From: Cetorhinus maximus
Taxonomy: Eukaryota
Reading direction: 5' to 3'
Assembly (NCBI RefSeq): GCF_964194155.1
Contig: NW_027597459.1
Span: forward strand, 1 to 64,000
Length of the DNA: 64,000 nt
Made by a program: the position numbers and the translations under genes. The notes below the pieces were generated by a model that worked only from the letters and a program-made list of their open reading frames with translations, had not been told where the DNA came from and made no database searches. Every line of letters starts with the position of its first letter. The first letter of the stretch is position 1. Of the stretch, positions 23,101 through 32,300 are shown one piece after another.

Positions 23101-25264
23101 ACCGTGTCATCATTCGGGTGACACGTTAAACCGAGACCCTGTCTGCCCCCTCGGGGTGGGCTGTAAAAGATCCCACAGCCGCTATTGAAAGAGCGGTGGG
23201 GGTGGGGGTGGGGTCGTTCTTCCCCGTGCCCTGGTCCCTCAACTGACATCAGTGAAAACAAGTTACTTGGTCATTGTCTCATTGATTTTTCTGGGAGCTT
23301 GCAGAGGGCCTACCCACTGCAGCATTTCCTACGTTACAACAGTAACTACGCCTCGAAAGTGCTTTGTTGGCTATGAAGCGCTTTGGAACGTCCCGAGGTG
23401 GTGAAAGGTGCTGTAGAAATGCAAGTCTGTCCTTTACAATCTACCAAGATAATTCCAGGTTTTTACTAAGCTCCCTGTTCTGGTTGCTAGTTTTTTTAGG
23501 TTTAAGCTCAGAGCGGTCATTTCTCTGTCCCTCTCTGGCACCTTTTCTGCTCTGCTATCTGTGGCACCCACATTTTTGTTAAAAATAAATTAATTTCAGG
23601 GATGTCCAATCCTAACTGTTCCTAGAGAAGGTGGAGGCTGCTGCCTTGAACCGCTGCAGTCCCTGTGGTGTAGGTACACAGTGCCGTTGGGGAGGATTCT
23701 GACCCAGCGACAGTGAAGGAATGGCCGATATATTTGTGTGTGGCTTAAGAGGGGAACTTGCAGGTGGTGGTGTTCCCATGCGTCTGCTGCCCTTGTCCTT
23801 CTAGATGGTAGAGGTCGTGGGTTTGGGAGGTGCTGCCTAAGCAGCCTCGGTGAGTTGCTGCAGTGCATCTTGTGGATGGTACACACACTGCTGCCACTGT
23901 GCGTCGGTGGCGGAGGGAGGGGATGTTTAAGGTGGTGGATGGGGTGCCAATCAGCCGGGCTGTTCCTGCATGGTGCGGAGGGGAGTTTGGGGGATGGCAC
24001 TTCTCCTTCGCGATCGTGGCTGAGATGTGCTGGCTGTGCACTTTGTAACAAACTGATAACTGTCGGTTACAAACAGGCCTTCAGGCAACTTTCTCATCGT
24101 TTCCATGGAAAAGGATCTGGGAAAATGAAGACTGAAAAACGCATGAAAAAGCTTGAAGAGGAACACGTGAGTCGAATGTATTTTCTGCCTTTTCCACCCC
24201 TGCCCCCTCTCTCACTGATGAGCGGCCACACTCCCAACTCCCTCTCCAAATTGCCCGCTCTTCAAAATGTCTGAACCTGTGCAAATCATTCTGCAATCAC
24301 ACATAGACGGGCATCACACTGATCCTAAAGGCTCTCCTCACCTGACGTGCGGGTACCTGACAGGGACCACTGAGCGACTATTACTGATTCTCACCCCAGC
24401 GAGAGTGGCAAAGCCCAGGGAGGAGGGCTTCCCCTGGGAGTGGGTCGACCCAGCCGTCCGGTGACCGTCCTGTCTTATTTGAACCTCGAGTCGTGTTTGT
24501 TTCAGCTGCTGAGGAAGATGAGCTCCAGTGATACACCCCTGGGAACCGTGGCTCTCCTGCAGGAGAAGCAGAAAGCGCAGAAAACGCCCTACATCGTCCT
24601 CAGCGGGAGCGGCAAGAGCATGAACGTGTACGTGAGCCAGTCTGATGGGGTCCTGTTTGCGTTGTCCGTGTGTGTTTTTTTTAAGTGAATATTTATTTAT
24701 TTTTGAGGGAGGGATATACTCGCCTTGGAGGCAGTGCAGCGAAGGTTCACTAGATTGGTCCCTGGGATGAGGGGGCTGTCCTTTGACGAGAGGCTGAGTA
24801 AATCGGGTCTATATTCTCCTGGATTTAGATGGTAGAGATGATCTTATAAAAACATGCAAGATTCTGAAGGGGACTGGCACAGAGATTGTTTCCGCTGGTC
24901 GGGGGAATTTAAAACGCGGGGGCAGAGTCTCAGGATGAGGGGCTGATTATTTAGGACTGAGGTGAGGAGAAATTTCTTCGCCCAGAGGGTTGTGAATCTT
25001 TGGAACTCTCTACCCCAGAGGGTTGTGGATGCTCCATCGTTGAATATATTTAAGGCTGGGATTGGCAGAGTTTTGGTCTGAGGGATTATGTGGAGCTGAA
25101 GTCCAAGATCAGCCATTATCATATTGAATGGCGGAGCAGGAGAGGCTGAAGGGTCCATTCCAACTCTCGTTTCTTATGTTCAGACCTTCGGAGGAGGGAC
25201 TGTTGTTTCCAAAGCTGTGTTTTAAGTCTTGCCTTTCTCTTGCAGAAACACGATAACCAAATGA
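1875..25264 (+). CDS. SART1: U4/U6.U5 tri-snRNP-associated protein 1 (SART1/Snu66), whole gene, 20 coding exons, 2283 nt, 760 aa
   Basis: join(1875-2079,3605-3659,4369-4424,5870-5999,7434-7539,7815-7892,10615-10714,11322-11464,13781-13987,14106-14224,15017-15150,17826-17947,19186-19356,19665-19775,20610-20697,21697-21787,22854-22989,24077-24166,24506-24627,25246-25264). All phases consistent. Starts MGSSKKH; HIND motif [19 protein letters not shown]; [26 protein letters not shown]; C-terminus [22 protein letters not shown]...SGKSMNVNTITK. Confidence 0.97.
2150..3400 (+). repeat. G/A-rich degenerate minisatellite (GGGGGGTGACGGAGGAGAGGAGGGGGGAAC-like) in SART1 intron 1
   Basis: Variable ~22-33 bp units with extreme G skew; source of the spurious Pro-rich 426-aa minus-strand ORF. 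Confidence 0.92.
3605..3659 (+). CDS. SART1: SART1 exon 2
   Basis: TTCAG| [18 protein letters not shown](N) |GTGAGT. Confidence 0.93.
3820..4290 (+). mobile_element. Deu-domain SINE (SacSINE1/AmnSINE-like)
   Basis: Degenerate tRNA-like head, GTACTGAGGGAGTGCTG, core GGATGGGACGTTAAAC...GGGGAGTTCTCCCCGGTGTCCTGG; related copies at ~5390, 20110, 23050, 38512. Confidence 0.7.
4369..4424 (+). CDS. SART1: SART1 exon 3
   Basis: CTACAG| [18 protein letters not shown] |GTGAGT. Confidence 0.95.
4510..5010 (+). mobile_element. CR1 LINE 3' fragment
   Basis: Degenerate ORF2 end ([23 protein letters not shown]); same subfamily at 13350 and 20860. Confidence 0.75.
5870..5999 (+). CDS. SART1: SART1 exon 4
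   Basis: CGCAG| [16 protein letters not shown]...[12 protein letters not shown] |GTAGGT. Confidence 0.95.
6060..6465 (+). mobile_element. tRNA-headed SINE sharing head, body and tail with the LINE at 45386
   Basis: A box TGACGTAGTGG 6069-6079, B box GGTTCAAATCCC 6134-6145, 3' tail GGGCAATGAGGGATGGGCA...GCCAGCGACGCCCACATCCC, A-rich end. Confidence 0.8.
6850..7345 (+). mobile_element. 3' fragment of the non-LTR family represented by 45386-48200
   Basis: Matches 47700-48160 (KLDTIQDK..., [13 protein letters not shown]...). Confidence 0.8.
7434..7539 (+). CDS. SART1: SART1 exon 5
   Basis: GGCAG| [35 protein letters not shown] |GTGAGT. Confidence 0.95.
7815..7892 (+). CDS. SART1: SART1 exon 6
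   Basis: TCCAG| [26 protein letters not shown] |GTGAGG. Confidence 0.95.
8422..8856 (-). repeat. 69-bp tandem array (~6 copies)
   Basis: Reverse complement of the unit at 1-1011; gives a 23-aa repeating ORF. Confidence 0.93.
10615..10714 (+). CDS. SART1: SART1 exon 7
   Basis: CCAAG| [33 protein letters not shown] |GTAAGC. Confidence 0.94.
11322..11464 (+). CDS. SART1: SART1 exon 8
   Basis: CTCAG| [19 protein letters not shown]...ESVDDMVV |GTGGGT (donor could shift by one GTG codon). Confidence 0.9.
12365..12970 (-). mobile_element. CR1 LINE 3' fragment (young subfamily)
   Basis: [19 protein letters not shown]...[23 protein letters not shown]; tail near-identical to 41550-42140 and 59430-59795. 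Confidence 0.88.
13350..13740 (+). mobile_element. CR1 LINE 3' fragment
   Basis: [27 protein letters not shown]; fused in frame to exon 9 only in the ORF track. Confidence 0.78.
13781..13987 (+). CDS. SART1: SART1 exon 9
   Basis: TTGAAG| [24 protein letters not shown]...[10 protein letters not shown] |GTGAGG. Confidence 0.95.
14106..14224 (+). CDS. SART1: SART1 exon 10
   Basis: (CT)n CAG| [17 protein letters not shown]...DYGS |GTGGGT. Confidence 0.95.
14280..14855. mobile_element. SINE body/tail (minus, 14280-14545) abutting a LINE 3' fragment (plus, 14550-14855)
   Basis: Matches 6195-6445 in reverse and 47880-48185 forward. Confidence 0.72.
15017..15150 (+). CDS. SART1: SART1 exon 11
   Basis: GACAG| RDRGRGW...[15 protein letters not shown] |GTATGT. 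Confidence 0.9.
15335..17095 (+). mobile_element. L2-clade LINE 3' fragment hosting an internal minisatellite
   Basis: Flanks read as degenerate L2 ORF2 end (..[17 protein letters not shown]..; [35 protein letters not shown]). Confidence 0.75.
15571..16836 (+). repeat. 37-bp tandem array (~34 copies) CTCCAGCCCCTACAACCCTCCCTATCTCTGTAACCTC
   Basis: Head-to-tail units with a few 27-bp deletion variants. Confidence 0.95.
17125..17700 (+). repeat. 38-bp GC-rich tandem array (~15 copies) CCCTCCGACGGCGCGGTGCGGCGCCCCCTGGCTGCCGG
   Basis: Near-identical units; explains the overlapping long ORFs at 17094-17951. Confidence 0.95.
17826..17947 (+). CDS. SART1: SART1 exon 12
   Basis: CTCAG| [36 protein letters not shown] |GTGAGG. 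Confidence 0.94.
18290..18960 (-). mobile_element. CR1 LINE 3' fragment
   Basis: [34 protein letters not shown]. Confidence 0.82.
19186..19356 (+). CDS. SART1: SART1 exon 13
   Basis: GCCAG| VVDIAKK...[32 protein letters not shown] |GTGAGT. Confidence 0.96.
19369..19581 (-). repeat. 69-bp tandem array (~3 copies)
   Basis: Same unit as 1-1011; starts ~13 nt after the exon 13 donor. Confidence 0.9.
19665..19775 (+). CDS. SART1: SART1 exon 14
   Basis: TGCAG| [37 protein letters not shown] |GTAAGG. Confidence 0.95.
20610..20697 (+). CDS. SART1: SART1 exon 15 (GC donor)
   Basis: CTCAG| [30 protein letters not shown]|GCAGGT; phase 1 required by exon 16. Confidence 0.9.
21697..21787 (+). CDS. SART1: SART1 exon 16
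   Basis: TTCAG| [31 protein letters not shown] |GTAAGC. Confidence 0.95.
21815..22080 (+). repeat. 32-bp tandem array (~8 copies) GCTCCGAGCCTGGGGCGGGGCCATGAGGCGGA
   Basis: Head-to-tail units, each with a GGGGCGGGGC box. Confidence 0.94.
22105..22695 (-). mobile_element. 3' fragment of the non-LTR family represented by 45386-48200
   Basis: Reverse match to 47570-48195 including the TGAATGAATAAAA tail. Confidence 0.82.
22854..22989 (+). CDS. SART1: SART1 exon 17 (GC donor)
   Basis: TGCAG| [45 protein letters not shown] |GCAAGT; phase 0 required by exon 18. Confidence 0.92.
23050..23435 (+). mobile_element. Deu-domain SINE
   Basis: GACACGTTAAACCGAGAC..GTAAAAGATCCCAC core; L2-like tail TTGGCTATGAAGCGCTTTGG..GAAAGGTGCTGTAGAAATGCAAGT. 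Confidence 0.72.
23600..23965 (-). mobile_element. 3' fragment of the non-LTR family represented by 45386-48200
   Basis: Reverse match ([11 protein letters not shown]..). Confidence 0.78.
24077..24166 (+). CDS. SART1: SART1 exon 18
   Basis: AACAG| [30 protein letters not shown] |GTGAGT. Confidence 0.96.
24506..24627 (+). CDS. SART1: SART1 exon 19
   Basis: TTCAG| [42 protein letters not shown]|GTACGT. Confidence 0.95.
24710..25185 (+). mobile_element. CR1 LINE 3' fragment
   Basis: [14 protein letters not shown]..; [31 protein letters not shown]. Confidence 0.82.
25246..25264 (+). CDS. SART1: SART1 exon 20 (terminal)
   Basis: TTGCAG| A AAC ACG ATA ACC AAA TGA = (V)NTITK*. Confidence 0.93.
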
Positions 25265-25397
25265 AACTTACTGACCCAAGGACTGACACTGGTACGGAGT
25301 GGATTAAGAGACATTGCAGTTGTGGGGGGGGTGGCAATTGGTTGCTGGACAGATGTTGCCGTTTTATTTACAATCTCATGCTTTCCTTCTGTATATT

Positions 25398-25403
25398 AAT
25401 AAA
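25398..25403 (+). terminator. SART1 polyadenylation signal AATAAA
   Basis: ~135 nt after the stop, followed by a T-rich and GT-rich downstream element. Confidence 0.75.
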
Positions 25404-25784
25404 AAGACACTTTTTTTTTCCTTTTTCCTAACCTGTGGCGTGGCTGTGTGCACAACATGAAGCAGATCCCTGGCCAGAGTAATATTGGGCATTGTCTTCA
25501 CATTATCGCAGAACCAACAGGTGAACAGTGTTTCTGACCCTTGGTGTGACCGGTTAGAACAGTGAGGAAGCTATATTTCAACCAGAGTCAGTGAAAAATC
25601 CTTAATCATTCAAATATTCCTCTGCTGCAGGGAGGAATAGCCTCACTTCTAATCTCTTGTTCCCTCTATACATGGAGTGGCAATGCAGAATTATGTAAGT
25701 AGTTGATACTCCCTTCCCCTCTCACACAAACTTCTGTTCCCTCCTCTTGAAATAAGACACAAACTATTCCACATCTGTCCAATT

Positions 25785-25790
25785 TTTATT
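25785..25790 (-). terminator. EIF1AD candidate polyadenylation signal AATAAA
   Basis: TTTATT on plus, ~380 nt after the EIF1AD stop. Confidence 0.6.
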
Positions 25791-26168
25791 TACATAGGAA
25801 CAGTATTCCAAACTCCCCTCCCACCCAAGCCTAGCCCCCTCTTCTCCTCTTCCCCCCACCCCCCACAAAAGCAAAGCCGAAAATATGACAAACGATGCAG
25901 ACAGTCTCTGGGGACTCAGTGCGGTGCTCGTAGCTCAGCCTCAATAGCCACCGCCTTCTCAGGCACAGTGTCGCAGAACGTTTTAAAATGGATGTAGATG
26001 AGCGCACACACATGAACCTGCTGCAAGGTGAAGAAAGGTGCAGAAAAGATGTCCTCCCTGTGACTGGGCAGTGACCCTGCTCACAGCCTTCAAACAGAAA
26101 TAATCAACGTTTCACCAACAAATGTCAGGCAAACACTTGCTGCTGTCCTGGATGAGGAAGTCCAACCT

Positions 26169-26331
26169 CTAAACTCCCCCCTCCTCCTCCTCCTCCTCCT
26201 CTTCATCATCCTCACTTTCTGAATACTCATAATTCCTTCGGTTTGTATTGACAAACAGGTCACTGTCATCTGCAGAATCCTCCTCAGACTCCTCCTCTGA
26301 TCCCCGATTGCTGCTGTCTGTTTTTGGGTTA
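26169..26331 (-). CDS. EIF1AD: EIF1AD terminal coding exon
   Basis: TCCAG| [56 protein letters not shown]. Confidence 0.93.
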
Positions 26332-29300
26332 CTGGAAGGAGAGAATAACTTGCATTATTATTTAATTACACTAATCTAATGAAGTCACCAAGGGGCTTCA
26401 CAGGAGTGTTATAAAATACCGTGTGACTTTTAGCCACATAAGGAGATATTAGAAACAGGCAACCAAAAGCTTGGTCAAAGAAGTACAGTTTTATAAGCAT
26501 CTCAAAGGAGACGACACAGGGGTTTAGGGAGGGACTTCCAGAGCTTAGGGCCCATCAGCAGATGAACAATTAAAATTGGAGGTAGATAAGAGGCCAGAAA
26601 TAGAGGAGCAGAGAGATCTCCGTGGGTTATAGGGGCTAGAGGAAAAGAGATAGGGAGGGTTGTAGGGGCTGTAAGAGGTTAGAGTTAGGGAGGTTTGTAA
26701 GAGCAGGAGCATGTTAGGAAGATAATTTTCATGTTATTATTGGCACTTATTGTAAAGTACAGTAATAGAGGGGTGTATGTCCAAGTTATACAGCACAGAA
26801 ACAGGCCCATCATGTCCATTCTGGCCGCCAAGCACCTATCCTAATCCCATTTTCCAGCCCATAGCCCTGTATGCAATGGCGTTTCAAGTGCTCATCTAAA
26901 TACTTCTTAAGTGTTGTGAGAGTTCCTTCCTCTACCACTCCCTCTGGGTAATGATAATTTGTAGATCTATGTATGTGCTCAAAATCATTTCTTCTATTAA
27001 TAAAGGTTTAATTTAGTTTTGTAAGTAACCTATAAGATTCGGTGGCCGCCTTTTACTGAATTCAAAGCCCGCATCTCGAAATAAGTACAAATTACAAATA
27101 GTTGTGGCAGCTGCTTCAAGTTTCCCCCTGGCATTTGGACAGCTTGGCGTTCACCATCTGCCGTGCCATAACAAATTGGGGGCTCTTTGCGGGATATATT
27201 TGAAATTCCTTGATTGGTTTGGAGTTGGTGAATCTTAAGGTTAGGAGTGCGAGAAGCACTCTGAATTCAAGAGATGGTGTGAGGGATTTTAAGTGGCAAG
27301 ACTGCAAGACGGCTTCGGCAGTTACTGTGACAAATCTGGCTGGTTTACTAAAGGTAAATAAAGTTTAAGTTACAACTGGGATTACCTGCAGGGTATACGG
27401 AAATCAAATATAATGGAACGTGTAGCATTTAACGGATAAAATCGCGAGGAGAGCGGCGTAGATGCGGGATAAAAGCGCGAGGAGAGCGGAGACGCGGGAT
27501 AAAAGCGCGAGGCGAGCGGGGGAGACACTGGATAAAAGCGCGAGGCGAGCGGGGGAGACACTGGATAAAAGCGCGAGGCAAGCGGCGGAGACACTGGATA
27601 AAAGCGCGAGGCAAGCGGCGGAGACACAGGATAAAAGCGCGAGGCAAGCGACAGAGACGCGGGATAAAAGTGCGAGGAGAGAGGCGGAGACGCGGGATAA
27701 AAGCGCGAGGCGAGCGGGGGAGACGCGGGATAAAAGCGCGAGGCGAGCGGCGGAGACGCGAGATAAAAGCGCGAGGCGAGCGGCAGAGACGCGGGATAAA
27801 AGCGCGAGGCGAGTGGCGGAGACACAGGATAAAAGCGCGAGGAGAGCGGCGGAGACACAGGATAAAAGCGCGAGGAGAGCGGCGGAGACACGGGATAAAA
27901 GCGCGAGGAGAGCGGAGACACAGGATAAACGCGCGAGAGCGGAGACACAGGATAAAAGCACGAGGAGAGCGGCGGAGACGCGGGATAAAAGAGCACGAGG
28001 AGAGTTCCAGGGAGCAGAGTCGGAGGGCCGAGTTCCAGGGAGGTGAGTATAAAAACCTGACCTCGGGGATTCACGGACCTCGCGTCTTAAAAAAAAACTA
28101 AAAGTGGCGTCAGGGTAAATCTGTGATCTGATTGGCTGGTAGAGAATCTACACTGAATTTGAAACAAAAACATTGTTAAACTAATTAAACCAAATAAATT
28201 AATCACTTAATTAATAAGTAAAGGGTATCTACACCAGAATCAGGGGATTACTGTTCTTAGAATTTAGCATTTCTAGTAGAAATCTAGCCCTAGGGAATGT
28301 ATAGTTAATAAGGAGTCAATAAGCAGTTATTAGATTTAAATTAATTTATTAAATAGTTCTAGAAATGGCAGTTGCTGGGGTGAAGTGTTTCACCTGTGGG
28401 ATGTGGGAAATCTGTGACACTTCAAGTGTCCCGGACAACTACATCTGCAGGAAGTGCACCCAATTGCAGCTCCTCACAGACCCGCATGGATCGGTTGGAG
28501 CAGCAGTTGGATGCACTTAGGAGCATTCAGGTGGTGGAAAGCGTCATTGACAGGAGTTTTGGAGACGTGGTCACACCCAAGGTACAGACAGATAGATGGG
28601 TGACCGCTAGAAGGGGCAGGCAGTCAGTGCAGAAATCCCCTGTGGCTGACCCCCTCTCTAACAGGTATACCATTTTGGATACTGTTGGGGGGGGGATGGC
28701 CTATCAGGGGAAAACAACAGCAGTAGCCAGAGCAGTGGCACCACGGCTGTCTCTGTTGTTCAGCAGAGGAGGTCAAAGCACAGAAGAGCAATTGTCATAG
28801 GGGACTCTATGGTCAGGGGCTCAGATAGGCGCTTCTGTGGTCGTGAAAGGGACACCAAGATGGTATGTTGCCTCCCTGGTGCCAGGGTCCAGGATGTCTC
28901 TGATCGGGTACGGGACATTCTGAAGGGGGAGGGAGAACAGCCAGAGGTCGTGGTACACATTGGTACTAACGACACAGGCAGGAAGAATGACGAGGTCCTG
29001 CAGCGGGTGTTCAGGGAGTTAGGCAGAAAGTTAAAAAACAGGACCTCTAGGGTTGTAATCTCAGGATTACTCCCTGTGCCACATGCCAGTGAGGCTAGAA
29101 ATAGGAAGATAGTGCAGCTGAACACGTGGCTGAACAGATGGTGTAGGAGGGAGGGTTTCCGATATCTGGATCAGTGGGACCTCTTCCGGGGTAGGTGGGG
29201 CCTGTACAAGAAGGACGGGTTGCATCTAAACTGGAGGGGCACCAATATCCTGGCTATGAGGTTTGCTAGTGTCACTCAGGAAGGTTTAAACTAGTATGGC

Positions 29301-32300
29301 AGGGGGGTGGGAACCAGAGCAATAGGTCAGAAGGTGAAATAAATGACTGGGAACCAGTGAATATGGCCAGTAGGACTAAGAGGAAAGGCAGGCAGTGAGA
29401 AATTACTGAACACAGTGGGACTGGGGGTCTGAAATGCATTTGTTTCAATGCGAGAACTATAACAGGCAAGGCAGATGAGCTTAGAGCTTGGATTAGTACT
29501 TGGGACTATGATGTTATTGCTATTACAGAGACTTGGTTGAAGGATGGACAGGATTGGCAGATAAACGTTCCAGGATTTAGATGTTTCAGGCAGGATAGAG
29601 AGGGATGTAGAAGAGGTGGGGAAGTTGCACTGCTGGTTAAGGGGAATATCACAGCTGCACGACAGGAGGACACCTCGGTGGGCTCATGCAGCGAGGCAAT
29701 ATGGGTAGAGCTCCGGAATAGGAAGGGTGCAGTCACAATGTTGGGGGTTTACTATAGGCCTCCCAATTGCCGGCGGGTGATTGAGGAACAGTTATGCAGG
29801 CAGATTTTGGAAAGATGTAAAAGCAATAGGGTTGTTGTGGTGGGTGATTTTAACTTTCCCTATATTGACTGGGAATCACTTAGTGCTACGGGTTTGGATA
29901 GTGCAGAATTTGTAAGGTGCATCCAGGAGGGCTTCCTGAGACAATATGTAGATAGTCCAACTAGGGAAGGGGCAATACTGGACCTGGTATTAGGGAATGA
30001 ACCCGGCCAGGTGGTCGAAGTTTCAGTAGGGGAGCATTTCGGGAAAAGTGACCATAATTCAATAAGTTTCAAAGTACTGGCGGATAAGGATAACAGGAGT
30101 CCTCGGGTTAAGGTGCTTAATTGGGGGAAGGCTAATTATAACAATATTAGGCAGGAACTGAGGAATCTAGACTGGAGGCGGATGTTTGAGAGCAAATCAA
30201 CAACTGACATGTGGGGGGCTTTCAAACGTCAGTTGATAAGAATTCAGGACCGGCATGTTCCTGCTAGGATGAAGGATAAGCATGGCAAGTTTCAGGAACC
30301 TTGGATAACGAAGGATATTGTGAGATTAGTCAAAAAGAAAAGGGAAGCATTTGTAAAGGCTAGAAGGCTGGGAACAGATGAAGCCCGTGGAGAATATAAA
30401 GAAAGTAGGAAGAAACTTAAGCAAGGAGTCAGGAGGGCTAAAAGAGGTCATGAAAAGTCACTGGCAACCAGGATTAAGGAAAATCCCAAGGCCTTTTATA
30501 CATATGTAAAAAGCAAGAGGGTAGCCAGGGAAAGGGTAGGCCCACTCAGGGACAGAGGTGGGAATGTGTGGGGAGCCAGAAGAAATGGGAGAGATACTGA
30601 ATGAATACTTCTCATCAGTATTCACCAAAGAGAAGGACTTAGCGGTCGATTTGTCTAGGGAAGAGTGTGTAGATAGCCTGGATCATGTTGAGATCAAAAA
30701 AGAGGTGTTAGGCGTCTTGAAGAATATTAAGATGGATAAGTCCCCAGGGCCAGATGGGATCTACCCCAGAGTACTGAAGGAGGCAAGAGAGGAGATTGCT
30801 GGGGCCTTGATAGAAATCTTTGTACCCTCACTGGCTACGGGTGAGGTCCCAGAGGACTGGAGAATGGCCAATGTTGTTCCATTGTTTAAGAAGGGTAGCA
30901 GGGATAATCCAGGAAATTACAGGCCGGTGAGCCTTATGTCAGTGGTAGGGAAATTATTGGAGAAGATTCTGTGACAGGATTTACTACCATTTGGAAGCAA
31001 ATGGGTGTATTAGTAAGAGGCAGCATGTTTTGTGAAGGGGAGGTCGTGTCTCACTAACTTGATCGAGTTTTTCGAGGAAGTGACAAAGATGATCGACAAT
31101 GGAAGGGCAGTGGATGTTATATACATGGATTTCAGTAAGGCCTTTGACAAGGTCCCTCATGGCAGACTGGTACAGAAGGTAAAGTCGCACGGGATCAGAG
31201 GTGAGCTGGCAAGATGGAAACAGAATTTGCTTGATCATAGAAGACAGAGGGTAGCAGTGGAAGGGTGCTTTTCTGAATGGAGGGCTGTGACTAGTGGAGT
31301 TCCGCAGGGATCAGTGCTGGGACCTTTGCTGTTTGTAGTATACATAAATGATTTGGAGGAAAATGTAACTGGGCTAATTAGTAAGTTTGCAGACGACACT
31401 AAGGTTGGAGGAGTTGCAGATAGTGAAGAGGATTGTCAAAGGATATAACGGGATTTAGATCGGTTGGAGACTTGGGCGGAGAAATGGCAGATGGAGTTTA
31501 ATCTGGACAAATGCGAGGCAATGCATTTTGGAAGGTCTAATACAGGCAGGAATTATACAGTAAATGGCAGAACCCTTAAGTGCATCGACAGGCAGAGGGA
31601 TCTGGGTGTACAGGTCCACAGGTCACTGAAAGTGGCAATGCAGGTGGATAAGGTAGTCAGGAAGGCATATGGCATGCTTGCCCTCATTGGCAGGGGTATT
31701 GAGTATAAAAGCTGGGAAGACATGCTGCAGCTGTATAGAACCTTGGTTAGGCCACACTTGGAATACTGCATGCAATTCTGGTCGCCAAATTACCAGAAGG
31801 ATATGGAGGCGTTGGAGAGGGTGCAGAGGAGGTTTACCAGGATGCTGCCTGGTCTGGAGGTTATTAGCTATGAGGAGAGGTTGGAGAAACTCGGATTGTT
31901 CTCACTAGAGCGACGGAGATTGAGGGACGACTTGATAGAAGTTTACAAAATTATGAGTGGCATGGACAGGGTAGATAGTCAGAAGCTTTTTCCCAGGGTG
32001 GAAGAGTCAATTACTAGGGGACATAGATTTAAGGTGAGAGGAGAAAACTATAGAGGAGATGTGCGGGGCAAGTTTTTTTACACAGAGGGTAGTGAGTGTC
32101 TGGAATTCGCTGCCAGAGGAGGTGGTGGAAGCAGGTACAATAGTGGTGTTTAAGAGGCGGCTTGACAAATACAATGAATAGGATGGGAATAGAGGGATAC
32201 GGACCCCGGAAGTGCAAAATGTTTTAGTTGATGGGCAATATGATCGGCGCAGGCTTGGAGGGCCGAAGGGCCTGTTCCTGTGCTGTACTTTTCTTTGTTC

